A DNA stretch of 64,000 nucleotides from an uncultured bacterium. Its GTDB lineage: Bacteria; JAGRBM01; JAHCIT01. Under the pieces are notes generated by a model. It had not been told where the DNA came from, searched no databases, and saw nothing but the letters and a program-made list of their open reading frames with translations. The stretch lies in the NCBI GenBank assembly GCA_964621525.1, contig CAZUMS010000004.1:22061-86060 (forward strand), in the 5' to 3' direction. Shown one piece after another: positions 58,322 through 64,000 of the stretch. Both the position numbers and the translations under genes were made by a program. The number at the start of each line of letters is the position of its first letter. Position 1 is the stretch's first letter.

Positions 58322-59521
58322 GTGGCAGCGGCCGCAAACCCTTCGGAGTACCGGATCCTGAAACCAGCCGCTTTCATCCGCAGACATTCCCTGGACCGCC
58401 TCGCGGGCGAACTGTTCGTCATGGGGTTCCAGGGCTACGCCGTCGCCGAAAGTTACCGCCGGCTCGTCAGGGACCATGGCATCGGCGGCACGATCCTGTT
58501 CCGGCATAATATCCAGACCCCCGAACAGGTGCTCGAGCTGAACCGGGAGATTCGGTCCCTCCACCCTGCCGCGCTGCCGCCCGTCATCTCCGTCGATCAG
58601 GAGGCGGGGCTCGTCACCCGGCTCCAGAAACCGTTCACCGAATGGACCGGGAACCTCTCCATCGCCCGTGCGGCTGAAAAGCTGAACCGGCCGGGACTCG
58701 CCCGCGAGGTGGGCCGCGCCATCGGTCTTGAGCTCGCGGCGACGGGCTTCAACACCGATTTCGCACCGGTAGTGGACGTGAATTCGAATCCCAGGAACCC
58801 GATCATCGGGCCGAGGAGCTTCGGCGACCGGCCCGGCCCCGTGGGCCGTCTCGGGGCGGAGTTCATCGCCGGGATGCAGTCTGCGGGCGTCGCCGCCTGC
58901 GCCAAGCATTTCCCCGGTCACGGCGACACCGCACAGGATTCGCACATCGCCCTGCCCGTCGTGGACCGCCCGGCTTCCTCACTCGCCCGGACCGAATGGC
59001 CCCCGTTCCGGGATGCCGTATTGGCCGGGGTGGCCAGCATGATGACCGCTCATGTCGTCTTTCCAGCCATCGACCCGGGCGTTCCGGCGACGGTCTCCCG
59101 GAAGATCCAGCAGGATATCCTCCGGAACGGTCTCGGCTTCCGGGGCGTCGTTTTTACCGACGATCTCAACATGGCGGGCATCGCGAAGGACCGGCCGCCC
59201 GAACGCATCGCCGTCGACTGCCTCAAGGCGGGCTGCGACATCCTGCTCGTCTGCCACAACTACGAGAAGCAGCCCCTGTTCATCGAGGGAGTCCGCAAGG
59301 CAATCCGCGACGGGGAGCTCTCCGAGCGGCAGGTGAAGCGCGCGCTCCGGCGGGTGCTCCAGTTCAAGCACCGGTACTGCCGGGAGCCTGCCCGGCCCGT
59401 GCCGCTCACGGTCGTGGGCTCGGACGCCCACCAGAAACTCTCGGCCCTCATCCGCGAGCACGGCGGCGATCCGCTGAAGGGCATGAAAGACCCGACGACG
59501 GCGGCCGCTCCCGGCGCCTGA
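58322..59521 (+). CDS. nagZ: beta-N-acetylhexosaminidase (GH3)
   Basis: GH3 N-domain motifs: GGTILFRHN, KHFPGHGDT, catalytic D in VFTDDLNMAGI. GTG start per track; true start uncertain. Confidence 0.8.
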   Translation: MAAAANPSEYRILKPAAFIRRHSLDRLAGELFVMGFQGYAVAESYRRLVRDHGIGGTILFRHNIQTPEQVLELNREIRSLHPAALPPVISVDQEAGLVTRLQKPFTEWTGNLSIARAAEKLNRPGLAREVGRAIGLELAATGFNTDFAPVVDVNSNPRNPIIGPRSFGDRPGPVGRLGAEFIAGMQSAGVAACAKHFPGHGDTAQDSHIALPVVDRPASSLARTEWPPFRDAVLAGVASMMTAHVVFPAIDPGVPATVSRKIQQDILRNGLGFRGVVFTDDLNMAGIAKDRPPERIAVDCLKAGCDILLVCHNYEKQPLFIEGVRKAIRDGELSERQVKRALRRVLQFKHRYCREPARPVPLTVVGSDAHQKLSALIREHGGDPLKGMKDPTTAAAPGA

Positions 59522-59530
59522 CGCTTTCTC

Positions 59531-60316
59531 CTACTTCAGTCCTTTCTTGCGGATCGTGCGGGTCGCATGGTTGGCGATCCAGGCGGTTTCCTTCGACTTC
59601 GATTTTTTCATCCACTCCGCGACGACTTTCTTCACCCAGCCGGGCCGGGTCTTGCTCGCATCGTTCAGCCAGTTGGCCACGGACCTGCGAACGTAGAGCG
59701 AGGAATCCGAATTCAGGGGTGCGAGAATTTTCAGTCCCGGCGAAGGATCGTCCTTCAGCGCCTCGATGTGGGCGCACCAGACACCCCGGGGCCGCGTCGC
59801 CTCGGAGGCGAACCGCCGGACGTTCTCGTCGGGATCGCCGGTCCACTGCGCCAGCAGTCCGATGGCCTCGTCCAGTTCCTGCGCGAGATGCGGCCGGAGC
59901 GCCATCCAGGCAAGTTCGCGGACCCCCATGTGCCGGTCGGCGGCGAAGGGCCGCACCGCCTCGAGCCGCTTCTCGAGCGGGAGTTCCGGGAACAGCACCG
60001 CCACGTAGGCCGCCCAGTTCCGGACGACATCCGAGGCATGGCCCGACAGGGTTTTCAGGATTTTCGCCCGGTCGCGGCGGCCCTCGATTGCCTGGTGAAC
60101 GGCTGCGGCCATGCCCTCGGTCCGCTGGAGAATCCCGAGCGGCCGGAGCCGCCGTGCATGATGGACGAGATCGTCCAGCGCGAAGCCCAGTCCTGTCTCC
60201 CCGGCCACCGACTTCACCAGCTTCTCGTTGTCGATGGCGAGCCACTCGACGAGGGTGATCGTCTCGGCCTTTCCGGAGTTGAGATCGCGGAGCACGGCGG
60301 GCGGAATCTCCGCCAT
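59531..60316 (-). CDS. DNA alkylation repair enzyme family (AlkC/AlkD-like HEAT-repeat protein)
   Basis: HEAT-like helical repeats with conserved W and basic residues (NVRRFASEATRPRGVW ..., RRSVANWLND). Likely start MAEIPP about 60316, leaving 28 bp after the thiE stop. Confidence 0.5.
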   Translation of the reverse strand: MAEIPPAVLRDLNSGKAETITLVEWLAIDNEKLVKSVAGETGLGFALDDLVHHARRLRPLGILQRTEGMAAAVHQAIEGRRDRAKILKTLSGHASDVVRNWAAYVAVLFPELPLEKRLEAVRPFAADRHMGVRELAWMALRPHLAQELDEAIGLLAQWTGDPDENVRRFASEATRPRGVWCAHIEALKDDPSPGLKILAPLNSDSSLYVRRSVANWLNDASKTRPGWVKKVVAEWMKKSKSKETAWIANHATRTIRKKGLK

Positions 60317-60344
60317 GCGGCGGGCGCCCTTGCGGGGTTCCGGC

Positions 60345-60977
60345 TTATCCACGAACGCCTCCTGCCGCCGCCAAGTACCGGCGGAACTCCCTGAACGGAT
60401 CCCTCGTCCTGAAAACACCTCCGCTTACAGCAATGCCCGCCGCCCACGCATGGAAGGCGCCGGGGCAGTTCTCCGGCGTGAGGCCGCCGAGCGCCAGCAC
60501 CGGAACGGGGCTCCCGGCCGCGAGACGCGCGAAACCCGCAGGGCCAAGCGGCCTGCGGCGGTCCTCCGGCTTGCTGAGCGGCCGGGCAAACGGCGAGAGC
60601 ACGGCGAACTCTGCTCCGGCGGCAGCCTTCAGTTCGGCTCCGCTGTGCGCGGACCAGCCGATGCGAAGCGACGGAAATATCCGGCTGACATCGGCGACGG
60701 AAAGCGTCGAAGGGCCGAGATGGACCCCCGCAGCCCCGGCGGCGGCGGCGACATGGGGCCGCCCGTTCACAAACAGCGTCACAACCGGCGCAAGGCGGCG
60801 GGCGTGATCCAGGATCTCCCGGTCCCGTTTCTCCTTATCCCTGAGCTGAACCGCCATGTGAATGCCTGCCTTGCGGGCGGCGGCGGACATCCGGCGGACC
60901 AGCGGCACCGGAAGCTCTGCCATAGTCCCGATCAGGTATATCTGCGGGACCGGTGCGAACGGGCCGGGCCGCTTCAT
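60345..60977 (-). CDS. thiE: thiamine-phosphate synthase
   Basis: ThiE TIM barrel: IYLIG ..., [31 protein letters not shown]. Confidence 0.8.
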   Translation of the reverse strand: MKRPGPFAPVPQIYLIGTMAELPVPLVRRMSAAARKAGIHMAVQLRDKEKRDREILDHARRLAPVVTLFVNGRPHVAAAAGAAGVHLGPSTLSVADVSRIFPSLRIGWSAHSGAELKAAAGAEFAVLSPFARPLSKPEDRRRPLGPAGFARLAAGSPVPVLALGGLTPENCPGAFHAWAAGIAVSGGVFRTRDPFREFRRYLAAAGGVRG

Positions 60978-61750
60978 CCGATCATTCCGTCGAACGGGCT
61001 CGAGGCATTGGCGTAGAGTTTCTTGCCCATGCGCCCGGCGAGGAAGGAAAGACGCCCCGCCTGCGTGGCGAGCTTCACCGCCTCCGCCATTTTCACCGGG
61101 TCCTTCGCGGCGGAGATCGCCGTGTTCACGAGCAGGCCATCCACGCCGAGTTCCATCGCGACGGCGGCGTCGGAAGCGGTGCCGATACCCGCGTCCACGA
61201 TCACCGGAATTTTCACCTGCTCGCGGATGATCCGGATATTGAACGGGTTGCGGATGCCTAGCCCCGAGCCGATGGGCGCACCGAGCGGCATCACGACCGG
61301 GCAGCCAAGATCGACCAGCTTTTTCGCCGTGATGAGATCGTCCGAGATGTAGGGCATGACGGTGAACCCTTCGGCGACAAGTGTCTTCGCCGCCTTCACC
61401 GTCTCCTCGTTGTCCGGGAACAGGGTTTCCCGGTCCCCGATCACTTCCAGCTTGATGAGGTCGCTCATGCCCGCTTCTCGGCCGAGACGGGCGTACCGGA
61501 TGGCTTCCTCGGCCGTGAAGCAGCCCGCAGTGTTCGGCAGCAGGGTGAACCGCTTCGGGTCGATGTAGTCCAGCACGTCGCCCGCGCCACGGGTGAGGTT
61601 CACCCGCCGCACGGCGACCGTGACCATCTCCGCGCCGGAGGCCTCGTGGGCCCTGCGCATGGTCTCGAGATCTGCGAACTTGCCCGTGCCGACGATCAGC
61701 CGGGACCTGAAGGAGTATTTTCCAATGACCAGTGGGGTATCAGCCGTCAT
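60974..61750 (-). CDS. thiG: thiazole synthase
   Basis: Full-length ThiG ([17 protein letters not shown] ... LLPNTAGC ... [11 protein letters not shown]). 4 bp overlap with thiE. Confidence 0.9.
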   Translation of the reverse strand: MTADTPLVIGKYSFRSRLIVGTGKFADLETMRRAHEASGAEMVTVAVRRVNLTRGAGDVLDYIDPKRFTLLPNTAGCFTAEEAIRYARLGREAGMSDLIKLEVIGDRETLFPDNEETVKAAKTLVAEGFTVMPYISDDLITAKKLVDLGCPVVMPLGAPIGSGLGIRNPFNIRIIREQVKIPVIVDAGIGTASDAAVAMELGVDGLLVNTAISAAKDPVKMAEAVKLATQAGRLSFLAGRMGKKLYANASSPFDGMIG

Positions 61751-61796
61751 GGCCCATCACTAGCCGGACCCGCCGTCCAAGTCAGCGGCGGGGCGT

Positions 61797-62942
<1,146 letters not shown>

Positions 62943-63035
62943 CGGGTCTGGTTCGCCTCGCATGACGGACGCCGGCCGGCATCCGGTTTTCCGGACCGGT
63001 TTTTTGCCCCGAAAACGGGCGGAATCAATGGGCGG

Positions 63036-63824
63036 CTATCTGCCTTTAAAAACGGGCGGTCTTTTCTCGTTGATCGCCCGGATACCCTCGCGGGCATCCT
63101 GCGAATAGGTCGCAACCGCCTGATGGGCGGCCTCGAGCTCGGCCATGGCCCGGAGCGAGGTTTCGAGCGAGAGGTAGATCTGCCGCTTCACCATGGCGAA
63201 AGAGGCCGTCGCCCCGCCCGCCACCTTCTTCACGAAGGCACCGGCCTCGGCGTCCAGGCTTTCATCCGGGACCAGCCGGTTCACGAGCCCGCAGTGGAGC
63301 GCTTCCTCCGCCTTCACGAGATCGCCGGTATAGTACATCTCGAGCGCCTTGGCGTGACCCACAAGCTTGGGGAGGAAATAGGACAGTGCAAGATCGGACG
63401 CGAGGCCGATCTTCGTAAACACGGCCCCGAACTTCGCCGTTGAACCCGCGATGCGGATATCGCACGCGGCGGCGATCGAGAGTCCCGCCCCGACGCAGGC
63501 GCCGCGAACCACCGCGATGGTGGGCTTCGGCGCGGCAACGATGGACGTCACCGTGCGGCTGATGGCGGTAAGATAGTCCCATCGCTCGACCACGGGTTGC
63601 GAGAGCCTGGCTTCCATCGTTTTCACGTCGCCACCCGCCGAGAACGCCTTGCCTGAGCCCCGGATGACGATGGCGCGGACCTCCGGGTCGGCGGCGGCGC
63701 GCTCCACGGCCTCGATGACCGGCGGGAACGAATCCGGCCCCAGCGGATTGAGCTGATCGGGGCGGTTGAAGGTCAGGGTCGCGACGGAATCCGCCACGCC
63801 GTAGAGAACGAACGGGTCAGCCAT
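63036..63824 (-). CDS. enoyl-CoA hydratase/isomerase (crotonase) family
   Basis: FNRPDQLN, GSGKAFSAGGDV oxyanion region, VRGACVGAG. Confidence 0.8.
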   Translation of the reverse strand: MADPFVLYGVADSVATLTFNRPDQLNPLGPDSFPPVIEAVERAAADPEVRAIVIRGSGKAFSAGGDVKTMEARLSQPVVERWDYLTAISRTVTSIVAAPKPTIAVVRGACVGAGLSIAAACDIRIAGSTAKFGAVFTKIGLASDLALSYFLPKLVGHAKALEMYYTGDLVKAEEALHCGLVNRLVPDESLDAEAGAFVKKVAGGATASFAMVKRQIYLSLETSLRAMAELEAAHQAVATYSQDAREGIRAINEKRPPVFKGR

Positions 63825-63856
63825 GGGACATCCTCACGGGAGCGGAAGCATCCGCT

Positions 63857-64000
63857 CACATGGGGACGTAGAACCGTTCGACGCCTTTGTCGAGCTTCCG
63901 GTCGATGGCCATTTCCCGCAGGAGAAGATCCAGATGGCAGAGCACCATCGACACCCGGCCCACCACCCGGTCCGGGTCCGGCTCGCCAGCGATCTCCCAG
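63857..64000 (-). CDS. hypothetical protein, C-terminal fragment (runs off window)
   Basis: Open frame ending ... KGVERFYVPM* at 63857. Too short to classify. Confidence 0.3.

Overview
This 64 kb window is a high-GC (about 65-70%), gene-dense bacterial chromosomal segment with about 54 protein-coding genes, mostly on the minus strand. I found no rRNA, tRNA, CRISPR array, transposase or integrase. DUF4388 response regulators, a Hanks kinase with an FHA partner, Kelch and TPR lipoproteins and a C-terminally extended Lon suggest a Myxococcota or deltaproteobacteria-like organism, but this is inference only. Housekeeping genes (lon, tig, glyA, nrdR, rpiB, rpmF, yceD, scpA/scpB, thiG/thiE, mscL, gloB, fused otsA-otsB, class I aldolase, nagZ) are interleaved with signalling and envelope or polysaccharide genes. 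The most interesting candidates are listed below.
- A tightly coupled GT2 synthase plus TPR/beta-barrel porin pair that looks like a minimal synthase-dependent exopolysaccharide system.
- A RadC-like JAB domain fused to a DinG-family helicase.
- Two DUF4388 response regulators, one with a J-like domain and one spanning the membrane with a periplasmic TPR domain.
- A Kelch-lipoprotein, Ser/Thr kinase, zinc-ribbon/FHA, coiled-coil cassette.
- An MscL channel with a C-terminal zinc ribbon.
- A small ExoD, acidic lipoprotein, GT2 group.
rpmF (59 aa) is a real gene that the ORF track misses because it is under 60 aa. Many long ORFs antisense to real genes are high-GC artefacts. The ORF track treats GTG and TTG as starts, so several true starts are internal to the listed ORFs; coordinates may be off by one in places.
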